Origin: an uncultured Phycisphaerales bacterium
GTDB taxonomy: Bacteria; Planctomycetota; Phycisphaerae; Tepidisphaerales; Tepidisphaeraceae
Length of the DNA: 64,000 bases
Direction: 5' to 3'
NCBI GenBank assembly: GCA_963844715.1
Contig: CAWJPJ010000008.1
Span: 736,001 to 800,000 of the forward strand
In this document: in pieces, positions 54,782 to 64,000 of the stretch
Layout of the letters: the number at the start of each line of letters is the position of its first letter
Numbering within the stretch: the stretch's first letter is position 1
Program-made: the position numbers and the translations under genes
The notes under the pieces: model-generated
The model's input: the letters and a program-made list of their open reading frames with translations, nothing else
Databases searched by the model: none
What the model was told of the DNA's origin: nothing

Positions 54782-54806
54782 CTCCCCCTGAGTACAGAGG
54801 GAGGGG
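54782..54806. repeat. Degenerate REP-like hairpin
   Basis: CTCCCCCTGAGTACAGAGGGAGGGG, with the same GTAC/AGTAC loop as the 35464 element. Confidence 0.5.
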
Positions 54807-54822
54807 AATTTAGATTAGGCGA

Positions 54823-57592
54823 CTAGTCCCCGTCGTGATCCCCATCCGCGTCCGTCTGGGCCCCCGGCCCCCGGGGCGCAGGCATTTCGGAATACGGCCC
54901 TTTGACGGTCTTCCAAATGATGTCATCCAACTCCAGAGCCGGCGCGGCATCCGCGTGGACGAAGTCCATCTGGTCACAGCGAGTCGCCATGGCCAGGCGC
55001 GGGTCGCCTTTCTTCAGGTCTTTCTTTTTGGGGTTCAGCTCGCCGATCAATTGCTCGGAGGGCCATAGGGCGTCATAGGGGGCGGAATTGTTCGGGGCGG
55101 TGTCCCAATCCATGATGGGGTCGGCTGTCGCGTCGTATTGGCAGAGGGGTTTTAGGCCTAGGATCAACTCGATCGTTTTTAGCATTGTGTCGGTGTTGTT
55201 GAAGCGGTGATCGACGCTGTTGGCTTTGATCCAGGGGCTGACGACGTAGCCGGTGGTGCGGTGGGCATCGACGTGGTCGGCTCCGCTTTGCGCATCGTCC
55301 TCGATGATGAAGATCGCGCAGTGCGGCCAGATTACGCTGTGGCTGATGGACTGGACGAGCTGGCCGATGGCGTAATCGTTGTCGGCGATGTAGCTGCGCG
55401 GGGTGTGCTCGCCGCCTTTGGCGCCGACGGTGTGATCGGTGGGGAGGCGCACGAGCATGAGCGCGGGGACGCTGGCGCCGGTGGGATCCTTGGCGAGCAT
55501 CATTTGAAACTCGCGGTTCCACTCGGCGAATCTGCTTGGCTCGGCGTATTTGCCGTAGTGATGGATCGTGTAGAGGCAACTGGGCTCGCCGTCGCGATGG
55601 AAATAGAAGGACGGGGCGTCGCTGTCGGGATAGCCCATGTCGAAGCGGCGGAAGTCGATGTCGGAAACGCCCGCGAGGTCGTGCCCGGGGGGTTGTAATC
55701 CGGTGGCGCAGGGATAATTGTCGGGGCCTTTGACGGTGCCCTGGCCGACGGTGTTGACGCTGTAGAAGAACCCGTAGTTGCGCAGCGAGATGCCGGCTTC
55801 CTCGGCGGCGTCCCAGATATTCCTGTCGGTGCTGGCGACATCAGGAATCGGGGCGGCGCCGTTCTTGAACTCGCGCTCGTGCGACGTGGGCTTTCCGTCT
55901 AAATCCTTGGCGGGGTATCCGCCGGTGACATAGCCGTTGTTTTGGCCCTCGAAGTCGAATTTTCGTCCGCGGCCGCCGTAGTTATAGGGGACGTTTCGGG
56001 CGACGTAGGCGTCGACCATTCCTTGTGTGCTCCAGTCCCAACCGTCGCCGCTGACGTCGCCGCAGGCGTAGAGGTTGTCCATGAGGACGAATCGGTCGGA
56101 GAGGGCGTGCAGATTGGGGGTGACATCCTCGCCGAAGAGGACGAGGGAGGGGTCGCCGTTGCCTTTGGGTTCGTCGCCGAGGATCTGATCGTAGGTGCGG
56201 TTCTCCTTAATAATGTAGACAACGTGGGTGATTCCGCCGGCCTTGAGGCCGATGTTGGCCAGGGGATTGGCCTCTTCCTGGTCCAACTTATCGAGTCGGC
56301 AATCGGCCAGGACCTGCTGCGTCGCGGCTTTGAGATCGTCGCCGGTGGGAATTTTCATCTTGCAGACGTTTCCGTGCAGGACATTGAGGACGTACATGGT
56401 GGTGCGCTTGGGGTCATCGGGGTCCTTGAAGTTATTGGGATTCCGGACGGTGGTGCCGGCGGCGTTGGCGACGAGAAGCTCGTCGCCATCAAGGGCGAGG
56501 GCGGTGGGATACCAGCCGGCGGGGATATATCCCTGGAGGGAATTTGTGGTCAGATCGATGACGGCGACGGCGTTCATGTCGCCGAGGGTGGCGTAGAGCG
56601 TTTTGTCGTCTTGCGAAACGCACAGGCCCGTGGGGGTTATGCCGGGGAGATCGCGTGCGATGGATGGGCGGAGAAGAATGGTTTGATCGACGCGATCGGT
56701 TTGGGTGTCGATGATGGAGATGGTGTCGCTGAGGGAATTGGCGACGAACAATTTGGATTCGTCGTGGGAAAGGGCCAGAGCGACGGGGCGGGCGCCGGTG
56801 GGGATTTTTGCGCGGGGGAGGGGATTGGATTCGTCGCGCGTGTTGATGGCGTAAACGCAATCATCGCGTTCGGAAGCGAGATAGCATTTGGTTCCGTCTT
56901 TCAGCACCGCGATTGCGAGGGGGAAATTGGAGGTGCCGTAGTACCTATCGGAAAAGGTATATCGGCCGAGTTCGGTGGCGGTGGAGGGGTCGATGATGGC
57001 GAGGCTGCCGGACATTTTTGTGGGGGGAGCGTTTCCGGAGGCGTTGTTGGCTACATATAGATAGCCGCGCTGATCGAGAGCGAGACCGGCGGGGAAATCC
57101 CATTTCTTCATTTGGATGAAGCTGCGATATTGGAGCGAGCCGTCGTCCTGAAGTTTCATGACGGCGATGGTGTCGTGGCCGCCTTGTGCGGCAAAGAGGA
57201 CGCCGTCGCCGGTGATGGCGAGGCCAAAATAGAGTCCGTTGGTTTCGCTGGTCAGGGGCTTGGGAAATTTGGCCTGGCCTTCGCCGTTGCCGGGGCGTGT
57301 GGTGGGCTCGTCGTCGGGCGCGCGACGGTTTTTGAAATCGATATGGGAGACGCCGGCGCCGTCGGCGAGGCGGATGGACCAAAGGGATTGGTAATAGCCG
57401 ATGTCGGAGGTGATGGCGTAATGGCCGTCGGAACTGAGGATCATATTGATCGGGAAATGGCCGACGTCCTGGCTGGTTTGTGTGGCGGGAGTGAGGTAGC
57501 GGCCGCTGTTTAAGGGGACGGGTGGGGTGGCGCAGGCGGCGAGAAAGATAATGGAGAGGCAGAGAAGGGCCGCGGGAATCCGGGTGGCGCAT
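54823..57592 (-). CDS. YncE-like beta-propeller + phosphoesterase/alkaline-phosphatase superfamily lipoprotein (frameshift in first codons)
   Basis: LAAC lipobox; YVANN/FVANS propeller repeats; IIKENRTYDQ, TPNLH, DHT, EDDAQSG.DHVDAHR. Confidence 0.88.
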
Positions 57593-57662
57593 GGGTTCGA
57601 AACCTCCTGCGTGAAGGGTAGGGGGAGAAGGTTATGATTCCGTGAGGGAATTGTGGAGTCGT

Positions 57663-57714
57663 GAAAATCCGAAATCCGAAATCCGAATCAATGCTCGAAT
57701 GACCGAATGACCGA
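57663..57714. repeat. Short tandem repeats (GAAATCC)n and (CGAATGAC)n
   Basis: GAAAATCC GAAATCC GAAATCC GAATC..CGAATGAC CGAATGAC CGA. Confidence 0.55.
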
Positions 57715-57751
57715 GGTAGCACGAGCGCTGGAATAGTACGGCGTGGGGCGC

Positions 57752-59620
57752 TCACTCCGCGGGGGCGGCGTTGGGGGCGGCGAGCATTCTGGATTGGGCG
57801 AGTTGGTGGGCTTGTTTTAGGGCGTCGCGGAAGGTGGCTGCGATTTGCATGTTGGGGGCGCAGGCGATGCGATGGTGGGAGTCGCGGAGATTGATCATGG
57901 TCCAGAGGCCGATCAGGATGTCGATGTTGGGAATTTTTTCGTGGAGGCGTTTGCAGAGGTAGCTCACCGGGCGGGTGGCCGAAGGGGGGACGGCGGAGAC
58001 GCAGACGAGATCGGTGGGGTTCTTTTCGACGGCTTCGACCATTTCGCTGGTTAGCTGATCGACGGGGATGGTGGAAACGGTGTATCCGCGGAGGTCGAGG
58101 AGTTGGGCGAACATGAGGGCGGCGATTTCGTCGGACTCGTCGTGGGCGGGGAGGCAGATGGCGCGGAGGGTTACGCCGCGGGGGAGGATTCCGCGGCGGA
58201 GTGCGTCGCCGGGGATTTGCTGCTCGAGCGATTTCTTTTCTTGCTCGCCGAGGTCAATGATGATGCGGCGGAGTATTTGGAGCATTTCGCCGTGGCGGTC
58301 TTCTTCAAGATGGCCCACGTAGATTTCGCGTTCGATGGTGGCCAGCACGGGGAGGAGGAGGGAATCGTAAAGGTCTTCGAGGGTCTTGTGTTTGTGATAT
58401 TCGTCGATGAGGGTTCGGGCTTCGCGCTGGTCTAGGGCGAGCAATCTTTCAAAGACGCGATCGGGGGGTTCAAGGGCCGGTTCATCGGACAACATGATAT
58501 TGAGGAAGCTGAGGGCCGGGACGTATTTTCCGATGACGACGACGCAGACGGTGAGGGGCGTGGCTAATAGCAGGCCGAGGGGTCCCCAGAGCCAGGTCCA
58601 GAACATGGCGGAGACGAGGACGGCCAAGCCGGTGATTCCGGTGCTGGAGCCAAACATGATGGGTTCGAGGGCGTTGGCGGCGAGGGCTTCGATGAGGATG
58701 AAGGCGCCGAGGGTTTCGAATGTCACGCTGAGGCCGGAATAGACAGCCAGGGAAAGGAGCAGGGGGATGAAGGCGGCGATCCAGATTCCGAGATAGGGGA
58801 TGAAACGGAGCAAGCCGGCGAGCAAGCCAAAGAGGGCGGGGCTGGGGAAGGGGCGGTGATTGATTTCGCCGATAGACCAGAGGGAGATGAAGACGGCGAC
58901 GCCGACGGCGCCGTTGAGGATGGATTGCATGATGAGGTAGCGGCTGACGCGCGCGGCGGCGTCGTCGAGGGCGTGGGTGGTCATGGTCAGCTGATCGCGT
59001 CCGACCAGGCGGATGAGGCGGTCGCGCAAATCCTCGCGCTGGAGAAGCATGAAGACGGTGAAGATGGCGACGAGGCCGGCGGTGCCGGCGGGGCCGAGGA
59101 GCATGGCGCCGATGTCGGCGATGAGTTGGAAGGGGCCTTCGGAGTAACTGGTGAAGCCGTTGTAATTGGTGATGACGACGGGGGTGGGCTGCGGGGCGGG
59201 GGGGACGGCGCTGCTGGGAGAGGAAGCGGAGGGTGCGGCGAGAATGTGTTTGACTTCTTCGCCGGCTTTTTCGAAGCCGGCGATGATGCCGTGACCGTTG
59301 CGGATGGAATCCACCTTGGCCTGAATTGTTTGCTGATATTGGGGGAGACGGCCGGCGAAATCGGTCATCTGGTTCCAGACGACAAAGCCGATGCCTGCGA
59401 CGATGGCGAAGGAGATGACGACCGTGACAAGCACGGAGAGCATGCGAGGCAACTTCAATCGTCTTAATCGATATTCCAACGGAGCGAGGAGAAAGCTGAA
59501 GAGAATGGCCAGGGCGAGGGGGACGAGAATCGGCCTGGCCCAATAGAGGGCGGTTACGATGAGAACCAGCGCCCCCATGGTGACGAAGCGCGAAGTTTTT
59601 AGGGAATCGTTTTGAGTCAT
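57752..59620 (-). CDS. AI-2E family transporter with C-terminal cytoplasmic (B12-binding-like) domain
   Basis: PLALAILFSFLLAP, RFIPYLG, LEP, WTWLWGPLGLLLATPLT; DESDEIAALM. Confidence 0.9.
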   Translation of the reverse strand: MTQNDSLKTSRFVTMGALVLIVTALYWARPILVPLALAILFSFLLAPLEYRLRRLKLPRMLSVLVTVVISFAIVAGIGFVVWNQMTDFAGRLPQYQQTIQAKVDSIRNGHGIIAGFEKAGEEVKHILAAPSASSPSSAVPPAPQPTPVVITNYNGFTSYSEGPFQLIADIGAMLLGPAGTAGLVAIFTVFMLLQREDLRDRLIRLVGRDQLTMTTHALDDAAARVSRYLIMQSILNGAVGVAVFISLWSIGEINHRPFPSPALFGLLAGLLRFIPYLGIWIAAFIPLLLSLAVYSGLSVTFETLGAFILIEALAANALEPIMFGSSTGITGLAVLVSAMFWTWLWGPLGLLLATPLTVCVVVIGKYVPALSFLNIMLSDEPALEPPDRVFERLLALDQREARTLIDEYHKHKTLEDLYDSLLLPVLATIEREIYVGHLEEDRHGEMLQILRRIIIDLGEQEKKSLEQQIPGDALRRGILPRGVTLRAICLPAHDESDEIAALMFAQLLDLRGYTVSTIPVDQLTSEMVEAVEKNPTDLVCVSAVPPSATRPVSYLCKRLHEKIPNIDILIGLWTMINLRDSHHRIACAPNMQIAATFRDALKQAHQLAQSRMLAAPNAAPAE

Positions 59621-59786
59621 GTAATGCGCTTAGCATCTATCAAACGGCGTTCTATAGCGAATTGGCGAGCGCCAGGCGTGACAGAGGGACGGGGCGGCGG
59701 ACAATTCGGCGCTGTTGGCGGGGGAGATGGACCATTTGTCATGGGGTATTCGCTTAATTACATGATCGGTGCATATGTGCGGGTTG

Positions 59787-59801
59787 CGGCATTGGGTTTG
59801 C
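59787..59801 (+). promoter_or_regulatory. sigma54-like -24/-12 promoter
   Basis: CGGCAT-N5-TTGC (GG-N10-GC) upstream of the CsbD gene. Confidence 0.55.
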
Positions 59802-59837
59802 GTTACCCCTCGATGAGGTTTTTGAAAGGAGCTTTAC

Positions 59838-60038
59838 ATGGGACTCGAAGATGTCGCGGCCGGAAAGGCCAAACAACTCAGGGGGAAAGCGAATGACGTA
59901 ATCGGTGCTGTAAAAGGGGACACGGCGCAACAAGTTAAGGGCAAAGTGCAGAAGGCGGTTGGAAAAGTTCAGGAAAAAATAGGCAAGGCGAGCGTGAAGA
60001 AACACGCGGATCGTTCGGACCGCCCGAGCGATGATTAA
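59838..60038 (+). CDS. CsbD family general stress protein
   Basis: GKAKQLRGK..G.V.GD...KGKVQKAVGKVQEKIG; AGGAG SD. Confidence 0.9.
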   Translation: MGLEDVAAGKAKQLRGKANDVIGAVKGDTAQQVKGKVQKAVGKVQEKIGKASVKKHADRSDRPSDD

Positions 60039-60135
60039 CAGAGCGGCGCGGGCGCCGCAGCTCGACCACGAGGCTGCGGCGTTCCGCGATTTTTTTGTGC
60101 ACTTTACGGCGGATGTGAAGCCGCTTGGAGTTGAA

Positions 60136-60354
60136 ATGAGTTCCCAACGAATCATTGGAATTGTGCTGCTGGTCGTGGGGGTGGCGGCGCTGATCATCGG
60201 AATGAACGCGTCGCACTCGGCGGTGGATCAGGTGAATCAGACGTTTACCGGTCGATGGACGGATAAGACGACGTGGTACGTGCTTGGCGGCCTGGCGGTC
60301 GGTCTGGTGGGATTGCTCATGGCGGTGTTTGGAGTGACCGACCGCCAGGCATGA
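60136..60354 (+). CDS. DUF3185 family small membrane protein
   Basis: [12 protein letters not shown].....[13 protein letters not shown]. Confidence 0.8.
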   Translation: MSSQRIIGIVLLVVGVAALIIGMNASHSAVDQVNQTFTGRWTDKTTWYVLGGLAVGLVGLLMAVFGVTDRQA

Positions 60355-60436
60355 GGAGTTGGTTGGCGGCGGGAATTGCGAAACCGAGCCCGATTCGCGA
60401 TTCGCCGGATTAACCAGGGCTTTGATGGAGGTTGTC

Positions 60437-60625
60437 ATGCTTCGCTGGAGCCTGATATTTCTGATCGTGGCGATCATCGCGGCGGTGTTCGGTTTTGGAA
60501 ACATCGCCGCCAACGCGACGGACATCGCGCGGATTCTGTTCATCATATTCCTGGTTTTATTCGTGCTGAGTCTGCTGTTTGGACTGATCACGGGACGGCG
60601 TCCGCCGATGGGACCGACGCTATAG
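60437..60625 (+). CDS. DUF1328 (UPF0391) small membrane protein
   Basis: [37 protein letters not shown]. Confidence 0.9.
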   Translation: MLRWSLIFLIVAIIAAVFGFGNIAANATDIARILFIIFLVLFVLSLLFGLITGRRPPMGPTL

Positions 60626-60765
60626 GCGTTGCAGATGGGAACGAATGGAAATGGAAGAGTTCTGATCGGCCGCCCCTTGGGTGAGCGGCCGGGCGCGGTT
60701 TGCCGACTCCAACGCTCCAGGCAGATCGCACGTTTGCTGGAGCCGCTTCTTGAAGGAGTTGTCTT

Positions 60766-61137
60766 ATGCGTTATGCAGTTTTTCTTTTCCTGGCGATGGC
60801 AGGGGGATTATTGCTGTTGGATCTCACCGCCTGCTCGACGGACCAACCTGGCGCGACCGATACGCTCGGGACGTATAGCACGAACGTATCGGCCGCGCCG
60901 GACAAGGTCACGGACGCGGCGCACAAGGCGTGCAATGATCTGAATCTTCAGAACATCAGCGCGACCGGGACCAATGTTGACGGCAAGGTGACGGCGCAGA
61001 CCGCCGAGGGTCAGGACGTTGACATCACGATCGCCCAGGCGGGCGACAATGTGAGCAAAGTTTCGATCCGCGTTGGCGCCACCGGCGATCAGCAGATCAG
61101 CAAGGAGCTGATGGATAAGATCCAGGACCATCTGTAA
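60766..61137 (+). CDS. DUF3568-like lipoprotein
   Basis: LTAC lipobox; SKVSIRVGATGD...S..LMDKI. Confidence 0.7.
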   Translation: MRYAVFLFLAMAGGLLLLDLTACSTDQPGATDTLGTYSTNVSAAPDKVTDAAHKACNDLNLQNISATGTNVDGKVTAQTAEGQDVDITIAQAGDNVSKVSIRVGATGDQQISKELMDKIQDHL

Positions 61138-61176
61138 GAGCTTATTTACACCTTACGCGCGCTCTACTCTCCGCTT

Positions 61177-61211
61177 GCCAAAGGCCCAGTCACGATGACT
61201 GGGCCTTTGGC
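61177..61211. terminator. Perfect 16-bp hairpin between convergent genes
   Basis: GCCAAAGGCCCAGTCA-CGA-TGACTGGGCCTTTGGC. Confidence 0.8.
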
Positions 61212-61249
61212 TTATTTCCTGGGATACGGGCAACACAATGGGAGACGAG

Positions 61250-61402
61250 TCATCCGCGGCGCTTGAAGTATTGGACAGCGCGCTCGTGCTTTTTGGCGGC
61301 CTCGAGGGTGTCGAAGGTTCCCAAATTCCGTTGCTTTCCGGTCGTGGGATTTTTCTTTCGTGAGTAAAGGCGGTATTCGCCGGACTTGAGTTTCTTGATC
61401 AT
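61250..61402 (-). CDS. Small basic hypothetical protein
   Basis: MIKKLKSGEYRLYSRKKNP.TGK.RNLGTF..HERAVQYFK; GAGG SD. Confidence 0.8.
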   Translation of the reverse strand: MIKKLKSGEYRLYSRKKNPTTGKQRNLGTFDTLEAAKKHERAVQYFKRRG

Positions 61403-61404
61403 GG

Positions 61405-61856
61405 TTACCTCTCTTGTGCGCGAGTTCGGGCGGCTTTCCTTGCGGATGCGGAACGCGAGGCCGGGCTTCGCGCTGCGGCAGCGGCGCGGGCTTGGCGCGA
61501 AAGGGCTTCGTGCGATGCCGATTGAGCGCCTTCGCGCTTGAGGGCGTTCAACGTCGCGCGGCGCGCTTTGGCGAGGGTTTGTGCGGCGCTGCCGATTGGC
61601 CCTGGGCATATTCTCGTTTGGCGTTTTTGCGCGTTTCTTCCGATGCGCGTCCCTTTGCGGGCGGGGGCAGATCGACTCCGGCGCGGCGGGCTTCGGAGAG
61701 GCCGATCGCGATCGCCTGCTTCGCGGAGCGCGCTCCGTGTTTGCCTTCTCGAATATGATGGATCTCTTCGCGGATGAATTCTCCGGCTTGCGTGCCGGCG
61801 GATTTTCCTTCTCGTTTATCTTCGCTGGCGCGTTCGAGAGTTTCTTTTTCGGGCAT
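61405..61856 (-). CDS. DUF6496-like basic (putative DNA-binding) protein; frameshift near 61555
   Basis: TQAGEFIREEIHHIREGKHGARSAKQAIAIGLSEARRAG. Confidence 0.8.
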
Positions 61857-61920
61857 GATTTTCTCCAAAGAATTGAACTTGATTCGATGCCTTTTTGACC
61901 GGCAAATTGTCGGGGGCGAC

Positions 61921-61968
61921 AAAAAGCCGAGCCGCGCACCGGGGTTCAAGCGGTGCGCGGGCTCGGGC
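61921..61968 (-). terminator. Rho-independent terminator candidate
   Basis: Minus strand CCGAGCC(C)GCGCACCG-loop-CGGTGCGCGGCTCGG followed by CTTTTT. Confidence 0.6.
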
Positions 61969-61979
61969 TCATAGGGGGC

Positions 61980-62618
61980 TTATGGCATCGTCGAGCCGCT
62001 GGACGGCATTGACGAGGTGTAATCTCCTCTTTCTTTCATGGCGGCGCATCCCGCGGTGCTGCCGATGATTGAGAAGACGAATCCGCAGGCCAGGGCGATC
62101 ACAACCGCCCAGAAATATCCATAATTGGCGATCATGCCGAGATTATTTCCGGTCGCGGTGGAAATGACGCTGGCGCGCGGGAGAGTGAGGCCGCCCAGGA
62201 GATCGCCGCCGCGGGCCGCGAGGGAATAGAGCACGGCGGCAAGGGGGAGGCTGAGAGCCCAGATGCCGATGCCTTTAACCACGCCCATTCCGCGGGGAAG
62301 GGAAATTGCGCTGGAAGTCAGTCCGGCGGCTAGAAATGCGACACATGCGGTAACGCACATCCAAACCGCGGCGCCGGCGCCGGGGTCGATGGTGCCGTCC
62401 TTATCGACGCCAACATGGCACCCGAGCATGAGATACCAGGAGAAAACGAAAAGTGAGAGGGCAAAAAGTGCGCCGGCGATAACGGGTCGCCAGTAGGGGC
62501 TATAGGAAGCGCGAAAACGCGGAACGCCGGTGACCAGCGTTTCTTCGACGACAAATCCGCGGTCCAACACCGGCGGGTTGGGGGGAACATTGGTTCCCAT
62601 TGGATTCTGACTAACCAT
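61980..62618 (-). CDS. Hypothetical four-TM membrane protein
   Basis: WRPVIAGA plus four hydrophobic helices; GGAGG SD. Confidence 0.75.
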   Translation of the reverse strand: MVSQNPMGTNVPPNPPVLDRGFVVEETLVTGVPRFRASYSPYWRPVIAGALFALSLFVFSWYLMLGCHVGVDKDGTIDPGAGAAVWMCVTACVAFLAAGLTSSAISLPRGMGVVKGIGIWALSLPLAAVLYSLAARGGDLLGGLTLPRASVISTATGNNLGMIANYGYFWAVVIALACGFVFSIIGSTAGCAAMKERGDYTSSMPSSGSTMP

Positions 62619-62694
62619 GACTAAACCTCCATGCCCGCGAAGGGCATATTTAAAAGTGACGAATCGCCTGATCCACCTCCACCCGGAAGATAAG

Positions 62695-62750
62695 GCAAAG
62701 CGCATTCCATGCGCTTCGAATGGATATGCGCATCTGGCACGACACTTGCA
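62695..62750. promoter_or_regulatory. Divergent pair of sigma54-like promoters
   Basis: Plus strand TGGCAC-GACAC-TTGCA at 62735-62750; minus strand TGGAAT-GCGCT-TTGC at 62709-62695. Confidence 0.65.
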
Positions 62751-62778
62751 CGTATGCGAATCCCATAGGAGCGTGAAT

Positions 62779-63105
62779 ATGATTCGATTCCTGCATCATG
62801 TGCGAATTTCGGAAACCGAAGCGACGGCCTCGACCGACTACGAGGACATGTTGTGTTTTGATCCATCGCGGGTCGTTCAGGCGATTACGTTTCATTTACT
62901 GGATGAAGAGAGGGCGGTGGCGGTGGACGCGGATTCGTGCGCGGACGCGATCGCGAAACTTTCGACGCGGTTTGGGAATCTGACCATTTCGGTGGACAAA
63001 TGGTCGGTCATGGAAAACGATGAGCGGCTGCGATGGCTGCTGGATAAGAGCGAGATTGGGGTGAGAATGAGTTCAGCGCGATGCGCGGCGCTGATGGCGA
63101 GATGA
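62779..63105 (+). CDS. Hypothetical protein
   Basis: AGGAG SD and a sigma54-like site upstream; 108 aa. Confidence 0.55.
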   Translation: MIRFLHHVRISETEATASTDYEDMLCFDPSRVVQAITFHLLDEERAVAVDADSCADAIAKLSTRFGNLTISVDKWSVMENDERLRWLLDKSEIGVRMSSARCAALMAR

Positions 63106-63150
63106 TGGTTAGGGTCAGGGTGAGGGACGGCGCTCGACGATCCGAAATCG

Positions 63151-63202
63151 CCCCTCACCCTGGCCCATCCTGCGGAAACCAGCGGAGGCATGGGGAGAGG
63201 GG
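63151..63202. repeat. Composite REP-like repeat (inverted relative to 37147)
   Basis: CCCCTCACCCTGGCCC..GGGGAGAGGGG enclosing the core shared with 37188..37210. Confidence 0.6.
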
Positions 63203-63220
63203 AAAAATCGGAGGACGTTC

Positions 63221-64000
63221 TTACCGGCTGTCGGCGTAGCTGCTTGTGGTGGTGGGATTTTGAGAGGCGGATGCGGTGGCGGTGTTGGCGGGAGATGCGC
63301 CGGGTTGGTTGGCGGGGTTGGCGATTTGGACGGCTGTGCCCTGGGAGATACTTTCGCCGGGATTGGCGACGACCTGATCTTGATCGGTCACGCCGGTGGC
63401 GATTTCGATCTCGGCGCCGAAATCGCGGCCGAGGGTGACGGTGCGAAAGTCGATCTTGTTATTTTCCACGACGGCGACTTGTGTGCCCTCGGCTTCGGTG
63501 AGGATGGCGCTGCTGGGGAGGACGAGGGTGGGCTGGGCGCGTTTAATTTTGAAGACGACATCGGCGTACATGCCGGACCAGAGGAGGCCCTGGCGATTGT
63601 CGACGTCGACTTCGACGAGGAGGGTGCGCGTCGCGGGGCGGAGGGCGCCGCTCCAGTAGGCGAGATGGCCGACGAAGTTGCGGCCGGGGTAATTGCGGAC
63701 TTGCAGGATGACGGGGTCGCCGATGTGGAGCATGGTGACATATTCCTGGGGTACATCGGCGTAAACGCGGAATTTGTCGGTTTCGGCGACGGTGAATAGT
63801 TCGCTGCCGGGCGTTGTATTGCTGGGGGAGATAAGAGCGCCGATGTCGTAGTTGCGGGTGGTGACGGTGCCGGCGAAGGGGGCGCCGATGCGTTCGAAAC
63901 CCTCCTCGGCTTTGAGGTGCTGGACGTTGGCGACGGCGGATTTAACGTTTGCGATGGCGGCGCCGCGCGCGGATTCGCCTTGCTGGGCGGCGGTTTGGCG
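63221..64000 (-). CDS. Efflux RND transporter periplasmic adaptor subunit (5' end outside window)
   Basis: APFAGTVTTR, ATRTLLVEV, L.SGMY, V.LGRDFG..IEI..G. Confidence 0.88.
   Translation of the reverse strand, partial: RQTAAQQGESARGAAIANVKSAVANVQHLKAEEGFERIGAPFAGTVTTRNYDIGALISPSNTTPGSELFTVAETDKFRVYADVPQEYVTMLHIGDPVILQVRNYPGRNFVGHLAYWSGALRPATRTLLVEVDVDNRQGLLWSGMYADVVFKIKRAQPTLVLPSSAILTEAEGTQVAVVENNKIDFRTVTLGRDFGAEIEIATGVTDQDQVVANPGESISQGTAVQIANPANQPGASPANTATASASQNPTTTSSYADSR

Noticed and set aside
60364..60380. sigma54 site upstream of the DUF1328 gene
   Set aside because: GG to GC spacing is 11 nt, not the required 10

Overview
GC-rich bacterial chromosome segment, most likely Planctomycetota (Phycisphaerae/Tepidisphaerales-like). 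This is inferred from PEP-CTERM proteins, an LExRxLF leader motif, ATQP linkers and a prepilin with an H-X9-DG-type tail. Many genes are split by single frameshifts that look like long-read consensus errors. From left to right the window contains: three tandem paralogous large membrane proteins behind a nucleotide-sugar/methyltransferase/GT2 operon; orphan cheB, a PilZ gene and mscL; a transglutaminase / circularly permuted ATP-grasp / alpha-E operon; DinB and pirin; an IS5 inside a small membrane gene; a Zn/Mn ABC importer with a Fur-family box; three tandem alginate-lyase-family paralogs diverging at likely active-site motifs; ClC, oxidoreductases, a HicB/HicA-like pair, ccoS and ndh; a divergent surface/secretion locus (PEP-CTERM EEP nuclease/phosphatase, PEP-CTERM protein, Calx-beta giant protein, stand-alone winged-helix regulator, CxxC protein, prepilin, S1/P1 nuclease) that may scavenge nucleic acid or phosphate; a TPR-glycosyltransferase; decayed mobile DNA with an intact IS630; a beta-propeller phosphoesterase; and a general-stress small-gene cluster with sigma54-like promoters. 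No rRNA, tRNA or CRISPR array was seen.
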